From Phoronis australis (lineage: Eukaryota > Animalia > Phoronida): a stretch of 64,000 bases of DNA. A program made the translations under genes and the position numbers. The notes beneath the pieces are model-generated. The model worked only from the letters and a program-made list of their open reading frames with translations. It was not told the origin of the DNA and made no database searches. Where the stretch lies: assembly GCA_002633005.1 (NCBI GenBank), contig NMRA01000224.1, forward strand, positions 459,642 through 523,641, given 5' to 3'. Below are positions 50,977 to 63,360 of the stretch, in pieces (the stretch's first letter is position 1; each line of letters begins with the position of its first letter).

Positions 50977-52333
50977 AACAAGAGCAACGCAGAGCGTTGA
51001 AATGCGCCCACGAATACAAGGCAAATGGTGTGCTTTTAGGGTTATTTATTTGTATCATAAAAATGGCCACTAGATGGCGCAAAAACGTGCAATCCATCAA
51101 AAAACTGGAACATGCCATATTTCATAACAATGTGTCAAAGAACTTCAGAAAAAGAAAGGAAAATAGAATAAAATGAAATTCCCACTTAAGTGGGGCACAG
51201 TGTCCGTTGAATCCGCCTGAAACTGAAATTGTCACTAGGGGGCACACCAGCTAGCAGTCAGACCCGTCCGAAAGTTGTCGTCGTTCATTGCCTACATCAT
51301 ATGAATACACTTTCCAAATTTAGTAAATATCCTGCGAACGGTTTAGGAGATACAGGCATAGGCGCAAAAAACAAAACTGCGACTAGGAGGCGCATCAGGA
51401 GTTGAAGTCGTCGGAAAATCATCATCAGCCGTCCACTTTACAGTATGAACGCACATGTTAATCTTCATAACCATTCTTCGAGCGGTTTGGTTGACAGAGG
51501 GGTGGACGCAAAAAACAGACTCGAAAACAGTAAAAATGGCCACTAGGTGGCGCAAACTACGTCGCATCCATCCGAAAACGGGAGAACAACGTCATCTCAC
51601 TAGTACGTGCCTACATATTGAATTTTATGAAAAACCTTTGAGGACTTTTGAAGATACAGATGTAAACGTAACAAACTAAAATTGCCACTAGGGGGCATAC
51701 CGGTAGTCGGATCCGTCCGAAAGTCGTCGTCATCTGTTGTCAACGTCATATAAATACACTTCCTAAATTTAGTAATGATCCCTCAAACGGTTTAGGAGAT
51801 AGAGCCATAAGCGCAAAAAAACAAAACTGCCACTAGGAGGCGCCACAGAAGTGCAAATCGTCGGAAAATCACCGGCAGCCGTCCACTTCATAGTAAAAGC
51901 ATACATGCTAATTTTCACAACCATCCTCTAAGCGGTTTGGTTGATAGAGGGGTGGACGCAAAAAACAGGCCCGAAAACAGTAAAAATGGCCACTAGGTGG
52001 CGCAAACTACGTTGAACCCATCCGAAAGCGGCAGGACAGCGTCATCTCACAAATAGGTGCCTATATACCACATTTTATGAAAGTTTGTTAAAAACATTTG
52101 AAGATACAGAGGTAAACGTAAAAAATAAAATTGCCGCTAGAGGACACACCGGTAGTCGGATCCCTTCGAAAGTTCGCTCATGCCGTTCCATCCACGGAAG
52201 GAACACGTGTGCAAAATTTCATGAACACATGTCAAGGCGTTTTGGAGATAGAGCAGCGGACGCCGGACACAGGACGGGCGGACGGAGATGACGGCATAAT
52301 CCGTCCACATATAAATATGTGGGCGCATAAAAA
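50977..52333 (-). mobile_element. Helentron-associated (HINE/DINE-1-like) element with central tandem repeats
   Basis: Subterminal IRs atgcgcccac / gtgggcgcat; terminal hairpin caacgc-aga-gcgttg; partial IR ccacatat / atatgtgg; (GGAC)-like microsatellite; A-rich ends; about 150-bp units arranged as 450-bp trimers. Confidence 0.75.
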
Positions 52334-54330
52334 GTGATATTCATCCTCGACACAATTCATTGACCAGTTTCTACTGCCAGTCTGTGGTTTGCTCATCGAA
52401 AACGTGTAAAACTTTGCACGAACAACCTTGGAAGATTTTCAATTTCTAAACAGTTTTCGTGTATTTAAACTTAAACTAGGCTATCGACAACGATACAACC
52501 AGAAAAAAAAAGCTACTGCTTAGGGCCTCACACAACACCATAGGGCACATGAACATTGATTGACGGTGGGCGACCAGAAGTGGGTGCTTAGTCGAAAATC
52601 GTGAAGACCGGGAGGAATAGTCTGAAAATTGCGGGAAATTCTAACGACGTCCAGGGTTCCCAGCTTCAGGGGCCCAGAAAACCCTGGCGTACATTCCGTA
52701 AACACAACAACCTCGCAAAAACGCAAGCTCGTGCAAGAGACTAGGAGCTATTGCAACGCAAATGATCAGGCTCACTCGTGGCCTTCGCGAGATTTATATA
52801 TCTACGGAACTTAATCCAGCGGTCGGTTTCACGAAAGTTTTTCTGTTTACCTTAACCCAAAATCGGTACATGTCTAGTAAACGAGATTTAAATTGTACTT
52901 ATGGCTCTAAAATACTGTTAATAGACCCTATTCCGAATTCGTTTCAAGACCATGATTGTACTTGAAACCGGATTTCGCACATCGCCTGGCTTTGTTCGAC
53001 GTAGCCAAAGTTGATGAATTCGCAACAGGCGGAGTGAGCGCAGCCAGTATGCTCAAATTTTGACCGATGACCGAAACTCGACGTTTTGCTCGCAAAACGG
53101 TATTTTCTAAATTTCTGTCCTCGATCTTAGCGCGAAATGTGGCCTTAAATTTGAGAATTTTTTAGTTCTAAGCCTACTGAGGCTTAATATTTAAAGTCAC
53201 TTTTCACAAAACAGGCCCTTGAATATAACTTCTAAAATAGCAAGACCCGTGCTAATTGTGCATCAATAAATAATCATAATGAAATTAATATAAAAGGAAA
53301 TGCTGTCTCTAGGGGGCGAAACTAGCAATTTAACTGTGGGGATGCGTCAAACTTAAATGTAATTTGCCTCAGCCAACATGAAGGAGTGGAAATAGGCAAC
53401 TTCGATTTTAAAGACAAATCAACTGTAACCTTAAGCTGATATAAAAGTGGAGTTTCGCAATTTTATCAGACACACACTGTTAACTCAAGCAATTGAGCAC
53501 CTCAAAGGCATTTTCAGTATTAAAACGCGCATTGCAAATTAATTTCATAGGCCACTGAAAGCATTGTTTTTAAGTGTAGTGACATTCTATAACGCAACAT
53601 TAAGTAGCTCTCAACGTCCAGCTTCCAAGCTCTGAACTAAATCTTAACTCAAACTCGAAACTGCGGTTGTTTTTCTGTCAATGCTGACTCGACAAAAACC
53701 CACACCGAACATTTTTTTGTAAAACTTTCAAACATGGAAACTTTTTTGAAAGTTCCCCCAACTTCATCTTCCTTTGCCCAATATTTTCTTTCTTTTCCAA
53801 CTGAATCAGCAATTATTGGGGAGGTGGCGTCCTGGATACCCTCTAGAAGCTACTAACCTGGTTGTATCACTCCGGTTTCTGAAGAAAAGAATCTGGTTGA
53901 ACATCGATGAGCTAGCGAATGCATTGACGAAGACATATACAGTAAGTGCAATAGTGCTTTTTTCAACAAAGCCTGTCACCAAATCTAGCACACATGTATA
54001 AACGAAGTCAGACTGCGCGAATTTTTTTCTGTAGACTCCATTTGTTGCAACGATCAGTTTTGTTTGAGAGGATAACAAGCTCTGCTTTAGCCTAAAGAAA
54101 GATAACAACTACAAGTTGACATCAATCTTTGAAGCAAATTATTTTAGTAAGTTGAAAACTAAGAAAAAGTAGTGAGATAGGAAGTGTGACTAGTAACATG
54201 TTGATCAAGCTGACACCTAAGGGGTAAAATCAACGACACATGGATTTGGTGGTGCCAACACTGACGAACAACGTGTTGGACGACATGTGCAATACAAGAT
54301 ACGAACTATCTTATAATAGTCAAAGTATAC

Positions 54331-54494
54331 CACATCTGAGCAAAGACACGTTGACCAAGTTCATCTTAACGTTCATCAGAACTGGCGGGGAATGACACGT
54401 GGGCACCAAGTACGGCTTTGAAGAATATCTTTGATAGAGTGTCAGCAGCCATTCCAATTCGCAATTGCAATGGAATGGATTATTGCCGAGATAC
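54331..54494 (-). CDS. LRR C-terminal cap exon (YLGNNPFHCNCELEWLL...PTCHSPPVLMNVKMNLVNVSLLRC)
   Basis: Not in the ORF track. Classic NPFxCxC..W...CxxP...C motif; strong acceptor; 164 bp, phase 2 to 1. Confidence 0.9.
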
Positions 54495-55259
54495 CTGTAA
54501 AAGAAAATAACGCCATCAACGAGTTATCGCCAAATTTTGTACTGTTTGTGAGCAAAAACAATCACTTTATATGTTTGTTCATATTCGTAATCTAAAATCC
54601 GTTTTATCAAGATCGCATGCCCGTCGGACATTAGATAATCGCAACCACCACCAGAAGTGGGAGTGTAGTTCTTTTGGAAATTACCTTCCTGTAGGGTTTC
54701 TGGGACGTTCAGTCTTCGGAACTTTACGAACACGGCGGTAAGGAATTACACCAAAAAGCGCCCTCTGACAGAAAATTATGTAGGAAAAGACGTTCTTTCG
54801 TAGGAAATTGTAATTGGAAAAGGCACTATTCCGCCAGACATTACATGTATTTGTTGAAGGACACCTCTCCGCAAGGAGTTATATCGGAAATAACCTTTTC
54901 GTAGGGAGTCCTGGCCATGAAGAAAGCCCTCCCGTCTGAGCGGTACGTCCTACCACGTAACTCGCGTAGTTATGAAATGCCATAATAATATTTTAGGTCA
55001 GTACAAACTGGTAATGAACCGAATTCACTCTGGTGCCACCGTAAGCGCGCACAAACAGGCCACTACCAGCAAAATCTGCCGGCTGTGACGTCATGTGATT
55101 GGCATGATTGGCAGTGTGCTGTCTTGAGAGACAATGGATATGCGCCCTCCGTTAGTCATTTGTTGGACTGCAGCGTTGTCTGTGAATAAAACGTCCGGTT
55201 CGATCTAGAGAAGCAGATTCTGTTGCAATTGACACAGGTGTTCCGATCAGTCAGAACAC

Positions 55260-58200
55260 TAGTCGGTGGGCCAGATCTCATAGCGTTCATCCTTGTGAGT
55301 ACTTTGGGGGGCAACCTAGTTTTTTCTATGTGGCTAGATAATATACCTATAAATCAAATTCCAAAAAGTTCCCACGTCTACACTTGCACATTTTTTTTAA
55401 AAAAGGTGTTTTTGTTGCACAAAACATTATGCACATTCCTGCCACTTGGAGGCGCTTTTCTATTGAATTGACCAATCAGAGAGCCAGATTGTATTGTTGT
55501 GCTTAGTTACTTCAATATGGCTGCTCCCATGAAGTGTGATGCCTGTATAATTCAAGGTTTATCAAACAGCACAAAATTGTGATGCCAGAGCCTAAAGAAG
55601 CATAGGAAAGCTTCCTGACGAAAGCTGTTGGACTGTGGAACTCTGTAGATCAATAGATAAAAAAGAAGAAGAGGTGCCACAAACGTTTGTTCTGGAAACA
55701 GCTGCATGTTCTGGTATAGCCTATACAGTATACTGCTGAGTGCTGTCCAAGTGTCAGACCAAAAAATTGAAAGGACTTAGACCAGCATAGCAACGTTTCA
55801 AGGCACCAGCAGTAGTACTAAAGCTGAAGTTGCTGAAAGTGATACAGATGTTACCAAAGATTTCCCAAGAAAATCAATTATACTTCCAAAATCTGAAACA
55901 CCCAATAAACCTGAACAAGATAGGAACATTCTGAAACATGAGTGCATCATTTGTTAGCAAGAAAAGTATATTATGGACCATATTTCAAGAAAGAGAAAGA
56001 AGTATAGCTTTGAAAAACAGGTACGTGTTTTTGAAAGGTACATCTTGGTGTTCTCCATGTGTGTTTCAGTATTATCACCAGTTGTTCAGCCCCTTGGCTG
56101 CCTAGGCCTTAGACAATACCACCGACCCAGTAGAGACGGTGATCATACCATAGGTACTCCATATGCCGAATGCTTTACGGCAAATTATGTTCCAATAAGT
56201 TTAGAAGTACCGCGTAGAGAGATGCCTCTGAGGAGGTCGTTAATGTTTTCATTTGTTCCCAGTTTAAACAAATACTCCTGCAATCCTGTTTTTCGAACAC
56301 TCCATTGTTCAGTTGCCACATCAACACTGCTTGCACTAAGGGATAATCATATGGCGTTACACTGTGGGTGTGATTTTAAAGCACTTTAAGTCAAAAATTT
56401 TTGAGAAGTTTAAATGGAGTAGATGGTTGCAAACAACATGCCCAAGTGTCCGTCATCCCCTGCCGTAGTCCTGGGATAGGGGGAACCTCTTGTCAATTTT
56501 TGTAAACATTAATTACTTTGGTAGCTGCAATGATAATTAAGTTAAAAGTGCCTAAGTGGCCAAGGTCCTCGTCATAATTTGAGGACAGTGGAAGCCACTG
56601 TCCATTTCGTCAAACGTCGATTACCTTAAGTGTAAATCGATTGACTATGGTTTGAGCATCTGATTTAAAAAAATTAAATTTCAATCACTGCACTGGTATA
56701 TCAGCTGATTTATTTTCAGTTGCATCAACTAATCTAGTTATTAGACGATCAACATTTTTAGGCGACAGATCCGACGGCATGTAAATTTGTTAGGCTGGTG
56801 GTGGATCAGTTCCTGGTAAGTCCGTTTGAAAAAGTTGCTTGCCAACTCACTCATAGTTGAATGTTAAATTAGTGTTAACAGTTCGTTTTTTTTTCAGTTG
56901 GACTTGTATCGCAAGGAACAGCTCAGTCCAGAGCCCTGAATAAGCAAATGAAATTCAAAGATAAAGACCTTGTGTCTTAGAAGCCAAGTACCACAGATCG
57001 TCATGCTATAAAAAATAGAAAGACAACGATTGTGAAGAGTGATGAATCCACAGTTTTCAGAGAGGTTTTCCTACAGTTTTGTTTGGAGTTCATTGAATCA
57101 AAGCTTCTAACACATGGAGATGTCATTTGCCTTTCAAAACTAAAGCAAGACTTTGAAGCTGTTCTTCAGAAAGATGGTGTGCATGAAGCTATTTGGACTG
57201 GAAATCTTAAGAAATATTGTTGAAGCTACTCACTGTTGTAGTTTGTGCCCGACTAAGCGATACGAAAGTGAATTGAGGCTAGTGTTCAATAATTCACTTG
57301 CTGACTCTAATTAACACAGCCTATTATAACATATTTTTAATCAAACGTTTGCCCAAATCCTGCCCGCCTCCAAACAGGGACTTAGTGTTTGACACTTCAT
57401 TGCCTGCGGGCCAATCACCAGTGTGCAGTGCTGTACCCTCTCTAATCGACCATAGTTGGCTCCTTGGCGGTGGAGCTTTGCAGTTTAAATGTATGGCAAT
57501 GCCCGCATCTCCATTAACAGTACTAAACGATGAACGCTGCAAGTGCAGAAAGAACATGTGTGCTGGGAAACTGAGTTTGTGCTGCAATGCTGGGTCAAAC
57601 TGTACAGAAATGTGCAGCAGTGACAACTGTAGTAACATCAGCAACACTGACTGCATAGCATTGGATACCTCTTTGACAAGTCAACCCTAAATAGACCTCC
57701 AACCCCGTTATTTCGTTTTTTTTGTATTAAAAAATTAATTTTATTTGTTGATTCAGTCATAGAAAGTACATACTTTGATCATTGTCATGTATTTGCCTCA
57801 TACTGCTTGATAAACGCTGTCAGAATAATCTATTATTTTCATACAGTCTGTGCACATTCACAGAGATCATTCAACTATAATGTATTTGTACTATAACGTA
57901 TTTCTGGTGTATTATGCAAACAAGCTGTATTTTACACCATTAATCAATGTTTTAGTCATTGAGGCACAAATTTTGCCCAGTCTCAAGTGTTTTGTGTTAT
58001 TTTTGTTGCCAGACAATGCCATAATAACTTCCTAGTAACATTCATACTTAGATTGCATTTTTGCCACTAGGTGTCTCTTTACATTTTTTTAAATTTCACT
58101 ATTTACAATTAATCTACAATAGTCAAACATGCAATGTGAGTGCAATATTGTTCAATACAATGGCACTGATGGGACCATATTACTTGCTTTACAAAAAGTC

Positions 58201-58424
58201 ACCAAAACTTGTTTTTACAAATATAAGTTTACTAAGCTCTTTGGTGATTATCAGGTAACTTCAAACTCTAATTTCTCAAAAATGTGCAACTTTATATGTG
58301 GGAACTTTTTATATTTCGAAAACACTCTAATAAATGAATTAAAAAACACCAAATTAAAATTGCCCCCTAAAGTGCTCACAAAAACCATTTTCTAGAGGCC
58401 CTACAAATTCTGGCCCACCGACTA
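55260..58424 (+). mobile_element. Non-autonomous Academ-derived element, copy B (both ends intact)
   Basis: TIRs TAGTCGGTGGGCCAGA / TCTGGCCCACCGACTA; CAC 3-bp TSD; residual Cys8 finger (RCKCRKNMC...CCNAGSNCTEMC). Confidence 0.88.
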
Positions 58425-58489
58425 CACCTGTGTTCTTTAAGTAGTGCCTGTTTATCTTCTCGTCTTTGTTCACTGGTTTTAATGTACTA

Positions 58490-58960
58490 CTGACAGTCGA
58501 CTTCCACCTGCTGTGATTGGAGAACACAGCTTCTCAGTCTGCGACAGTGATGTTTCCCGTCTTCAGATTGCGCTTGCAAACATCTTTGCAACGAAGCACG
58601 GGTCTTCCTGCAGGTCTGGTTCCGGTGGCGAGTTCACCACAAAGTATATCCATCGTTCATGTGCCTTACGTGGCCAAGCCAACAAAAGCGCCTCTAGGTA
58701 AGCATTGCGTACGTACTAAGCAGTGCCGCCTGAGTTTGAATTTTGTTGTAAGAGACATGGTCCCTCCATTTGATGCAGAGTACTGTTCTCAGGCAGCACA
58801 AAGAGTTGAGTCTGCGCTCTTGACGGGGGTGTATAGGGATCATGATTCGCTGCTGTATAAGAGAATGCTAAGGACGCAAGCTTGGTAGACGTTCATCCTG
58901 TTGTTGATTTGTCAGCATACAATTTTCCTAGACCTTTTCAAAATAGAGCACGGCTGCTTG
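58490..58960 (-). mobile_element. RTE-clade LINE fragment
   Basis: Minus strand: YQACVLSILLYSSES, QERRLN, IKWRDHVS, WLGHVRHMNDG and GELATGTRPAGRPVLRCKDVCKR. Confidence 0.85.
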
Positions 58961-59749
58961 AAAACACAAAAATGTAACCACTTACTTACACAATTGGGAG
59001 AATATTGAGGTGGCCATTGAACTTTCGCACCCCTTCGCTGTAAATTTAACTAACCGCAATTACGTAAATCCGACCGGCGTAATCCGTACTTAAATTATTC
59101 ACAAACCATTTTAATGAATTATATCTCTGTAAAATTTAAGATAGGAAGCTTTAAGATTCGACTGGGTTTACGACCTTTGATATAACAGAACGCTAGAAGC
59201 CAAAAGTACTTCTGTGAAATACAATGTCTTAATCATTGCCATTAAATGGGAAGGTATCCAGTTAGAGTTATTTTTTGACCAAAGCGCGATTTTCTGTTCC
59301 ACATAATTTTTCAAGTTACTGCTTATAAATGTGCCACACCGGAAGTGACATTCGCTTCCCAAATCATTCCTGCCACACTTGTTCATTTGTGAAATGATTC
59401 ACTTTGGACATACGTTGAGTCTATACTATTTTTCCAAAAGTGCCATGGATATTTGCCTTCGACCTGTATTCTCACACACTCCTAGATTGGCTAAGACCTC
59501 AGGTGAATGGGAGTCTTTGTTTGGTTTGCACTGAACAGAAAATGGCTGGGAGTCATGTACCAAAAACACAAATCACGTACATTATGAATATCCGTTGTTG
59601 CTTGCCATGAACGCCAGGGTAACTTAATTATCTTGAAAGTATAGCTGGATAAAGAATTCAAGTTAAAAAAATCACGATTTTACCAAAAATGGCAGTAAAA
59701 ACGGTTGCCTTCCCATCCACGCTTTTGCGGTGGGATAAGTTCTCACAGC

Positions 59750-59990
59750 AAATAATAATAATAACAACAACAACAATAATAATAATAATAACAAGAAGAA
59801 AAAATTAGTAATGATAATTATTGTTAAAATAATAATAACAATAATAACAATAATAATAATAATAATAATAACGATAATAGTAATAGTTATTGCAGTAGTA
59901 AAAAAGTAAAAGTAATAGTAATAGTAATAGTAATAATAGTAATAGTAATAGTAATAATGATAGTAATAGCAATAGTAATACTAATAATAA
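59750..59990. repeat. (AAT)n / (AATAGT)n simple repeat
   Basis: Direct reading. Confidence 0.95.
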
Positions 59991-60261
59991 TTGACACAAG
60001 AAACGGGCAAAGTATTATCTTTGTGAGCTAGATATAGTAAAGTTTAAAGTTAATGAACAAGTGGTCGGTAAATAATTGTCGAAAAGGTCTCGTGACAAAT
60101 CACTCGGTGCAAACAAAAGTTCACTAAAGTACATGTACGCTCGAGCAGAATTTGTTTGCTCAGCCCACAAGTGCATTTAACAACTGAATGAATCCAATCA
60201 ATGCTCATCGAAACTTCAGATAAAAGCGAGGAAGCGTGCAGATTCTAATTATTTGACTTAC

Positions 60262-60348
60262 ATAGGCATGGAATCTCCTTGAAACAATGTGGTGATGACT
60301 TCCTTTAAACTGTGGTCGATCGTAGAGATTGTATTGTTTTCTAAATGA
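60262..60348 (-). CDS. LRR exon (IHLENNTISTIDHSLKEVITTLFQGDSMPM)
   Basis: tttttcag and gtaagt sites; phase 2 to 2; LxxNxIxxI core; splices in frame to both neighbours. Confidence 0.8.
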
Positions 60349-60355
60349 CTGAAAA

Positions 60356-60484
60356 ACAACACAGAGCGCAAACGTTACATGGTAACTGGGAATGCACGTT
60401 ACTATGGGTCAACATTTGAACAACACAGAGCGCAAACGTTACATGGTAACTGGGAATGCACGTTACTATGGGTCAACATTTGAA
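60356..60484. repeat. Tandem duplication, 2 x 64 bp
   Basis: acaacacagagcgcaaacg...caacatttga occurs twice. Confidence 0.9.
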
Positions 60485-60507
60485 TGTAAAACTTGTAGTA
60501 TTATCAG

Positions 60508-60510
60508 CAT

Positions 60511-60551
<41 letters not shown>
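60508..60551. repeat. (CAT)n(CAG)n microsatellite
   Basis: Direct reading. Confidence 0.9.
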
Positions 60552-60552
<1 letters not shown>

Positions 60553-61171
60553 TGATAATAGTAATTATACTAAATTTAAAATTGTTCTCTGAAAGCGGGG
60601 TCCATAACAATCGAGTAAACACAAACTGGTTTAACGTTTTACAAAGTTCAATTTGAGGATTCAATTCATTTTATAATTTTCCAGCTCTGAAGTGAAAGCA
60701 ATGTTTACAGTAAATGGTAATATTTTCCTCATACTTTGCGCTTGTAAACGACAACCTCGTTTAGGCACCGTGCTCGAAACAAGGTAAGGTGACAGAAATA
60801 CAAATGATTGGGCTGTAACGCGAAACTCTTTGTACATTGCATTTGAGCAAAGCAAATCACAGGCTCATACTGCCTCTTTGGCTACTCTGTCGACGAGGGA
60901 AGTCCCAGGTTATGTCACGTACATTACAAATAACACCCTCTGAACCAAAGCTGGTTCAAAAAGAAGTACATTTTTGTCAATAATTCTTTCTTTGAGAGTT
61001 TTAAGCATTTGGGTCACAGTCGGGTGCTTTTGCATGCACGCAAGTGGAGAGCATGCCTCCTCTATGTATATATTTCATGCTAATGAAAATATTGTATTCA
61101 AAAGATCATTAGATAATCATGCCATAGAATGTTATGTTTATTTAAAATATCATTAGGTTTTGAACACTTAC

Positions 61172-61240
61172 ATGACCATTTTAGTGAAGCCAGGCATTTC
61201 AATATCTGGAATGGTTCTTAGGAAGTTGTTGTTGAGCATT
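61172..61240 (-). CDS. LRR exon (MLNNNFLRTIPDIEMPGFTKMV)
   Basis: gttgcag and gtaagt sites; 69 bp, phase 2 to 2; LxxNxLxxIP consensus. Confidence 0.82.
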
Positions 61241-61736
61241 CTGCAACGGAAATAAATAATCTTTGGATTAAGCACAAAACAATGGAAGCTTTTGGAAGCT
61301 TCTCCATTTGTATATACATGAGTGTATACTATAACGCAACGGATTCGAGAGACAATTACGGCTAAAAATCCTGGGTTATGAAACGGGAGTTGTAAATTTA
61401 CTCCCATAATTCAACTTTCCAGCCTTACCATTCAATCATTCTTTTGGAGGCCATATTGGTATTAAAGTCCAGACAATACTTGCCAAACATTCGGTTTTTA
61501 CTTGCATGACTACGTGATCTTGCTTGTTTGCGCCAAACTCGTATCATGCGCATCGAAAGGCTTTTCCAGGATGCACATGTAGTCATTAATTTTGTTAAAT
61601 TTGTTGAACGACCGTACGTTTGACATTTTCAGAAGTCGGCAGACAGAAAATGGTAGATGAAAGGTAACGTTGTCAGATTTCTGTCCATTCAAGTATTTCC
61701 GGTGGCGAACGGAGACAGTTGGCGCCAGCTGCATTG

Positions 61737-61975
61737 ATGTATGTATGTATGTATGTATGTATGTATGCATGTATGTATGTATGTATGTATGTATGCATGT
61801 ATGTATGTATGAATGTATGTATGTATGTACGTATGCATGTATGTATGTATGAATGTATGTATGTATGTATGAATGCATGTATGTATGTATGAATGTATGC
61901 ATGTATGTATGTATGTATGCATGTATGTATGCATGTATGTATGTATGTATGAATGTATGTATGTATGTATGTATG
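61737..61975. repeat. (TATG)n microsatellite
   Basis: Direct reading. Confidence 0.97.
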
Positions 61976-62129
61976 CCCTTGTGGATGTATATGTACGTGT
62001 GAATGCAAGTATATATGTGTATATGTATGTTTATATGCAAAATTAGTTGAGTGCACGACACTTGTCGTTATTAACTGTCTTTATTCCGTTACGTTCGTAT
62101 TCTCGGAACAAAGTTCGACCACCTGCACT

Positions 62130-63360
62130 AGCATAGTACTATTTCACCATATAAATTGCAAATTGTCTCAACACAAAGATGGTGTGAGCATGGGCTTTCC
62201 CACTTTTTCGGAATTTTATATGTCTGAAGTGGAAAAAAGGGCAATGTGACTGGTGGTATTTCTATCTATATACTACAATACGTGGATGATATTTTTGTTT
62301 ATTGCGCTTTTGACGAGTTGTTGATGAAGTTGAGCGTCACTCTGTATTGAAGTTCACCCACGAGCTTCCTGTAAGTGAAAAAAGTCCGTCTTTGGACATG
62401 TTTGTCAACCATTCTCCATTTGAATTTCTACATCAGTTTATCACAAGCATACTGATAAAGGTTTCTGTCTTCACGCCAAAAGTAAGTGCCAACTTCCTAG
62501 AGATGGCGTATTTGGTGTTCAGTCAAGAGGTAGATCGTATAAGACAAACCCTGGAGAATAATGGCTTCACCAATACTTTTGAAGACCGTCATATTAGTAG
62601 ATGCATGACCAAAATTAATTGTGAATCCATTGCACGTCGGACCTGTGTGACCAAAAAGGTATCTTACAAAAATGTCATGTCCAATAACTACCTCCATGAC
62701 GAACACGCCGTTAAAAACGTCATCAGGGATAATGTTAGTTTGTAAGCCCGATGATAATGTCGATGTCATTTACTTACTTAATATTTTAGGAATAGGAAGT
62801 TCTCCAAATTCGTCATGAAAAATAACATTTCCAAAGCAAAAGTCCGTCCCGTCAGTTGCCCAGTGTAGTGTTTTTATGAGTTTGTATGCCCTATGAAAAA
62901 ATATCGTCGTTAAAATGTCAAGCAATGATACATTGGTCAAACGGTTTGCTATCTTTCCCGTAAGTTATCTATGCATCTTCAAAATGGCGCCATCCAAAAA
63001 CAGTTTCTGCATTATCGTGAACGTAAAAACACCCGTTAAGAAATTGTGGAAAACACGCCAATTCGGTGCGTAAAGCACGATGTGTTGTGATTGAAAGTAT
63101 TGGAGTCTTTTGATTGCATTTGAGAAGCCTGTTTTAAATGAGCAGTAAACAGAGTCGCGTCGCACGCTACACTTAACTCGTTTGCGTGACTTTCCTGTTA
63201 CCCCATCCACTTTTCATTCTTTGCAGTATTTCGCACCTGCAGTGTCCCACTGTGTACGTTTCCAGTTGTTGCTCTGTGGTGGTATTAGTGTGTCATTTTA
63301 TTTCCACTTGAGAATGAAACAAGAATGTTTCGAAATATCGTGTGTATTTTAATCATGTCT
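62130..63360 (+). mobile_element. Degenerate Penelope-like element (RT, GIY-YIG, 3' region)
   Basis: DGVSMG, FYMSEVE, YVDDIFV, LKFTHE, FYEFVCP and YIGQT motifs, with many lesions. Confidence 0.75.
63304..63344 (+). ncRNA. Hammerhead-like motif with variant core
   Basis: ccac TTGAGAAT GAAACA-agaa-TGTTTC GAAA tatcgt gtg at the 3' end of the Penelope-like element. Confidence 0.45.

Noticed and set aside
51067-52147. Regularly spaced motif as a CRISPR array
   Set aside because: The spacers are themselves repeated, the period is about 150 bp, the context is eukaryotic and there are no cas genes.
52520-52726. ECTPGFSGP Cys-repeat-like ORF
   Set aside because: The acceptor position is CGG rather than AG and the Cys pattern does not continue.
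61429-61509. Possible extra LRR exon (HASKNRM...) with a gtaagg donor
   Set aside because: Weak acceptor, and joining it to the 61240 exon creates TGA.
59805-62061. Poly-L/Y, poly-S/A and HTYI-repeat ORFs
   Set aside because: Translations of microsatellites.
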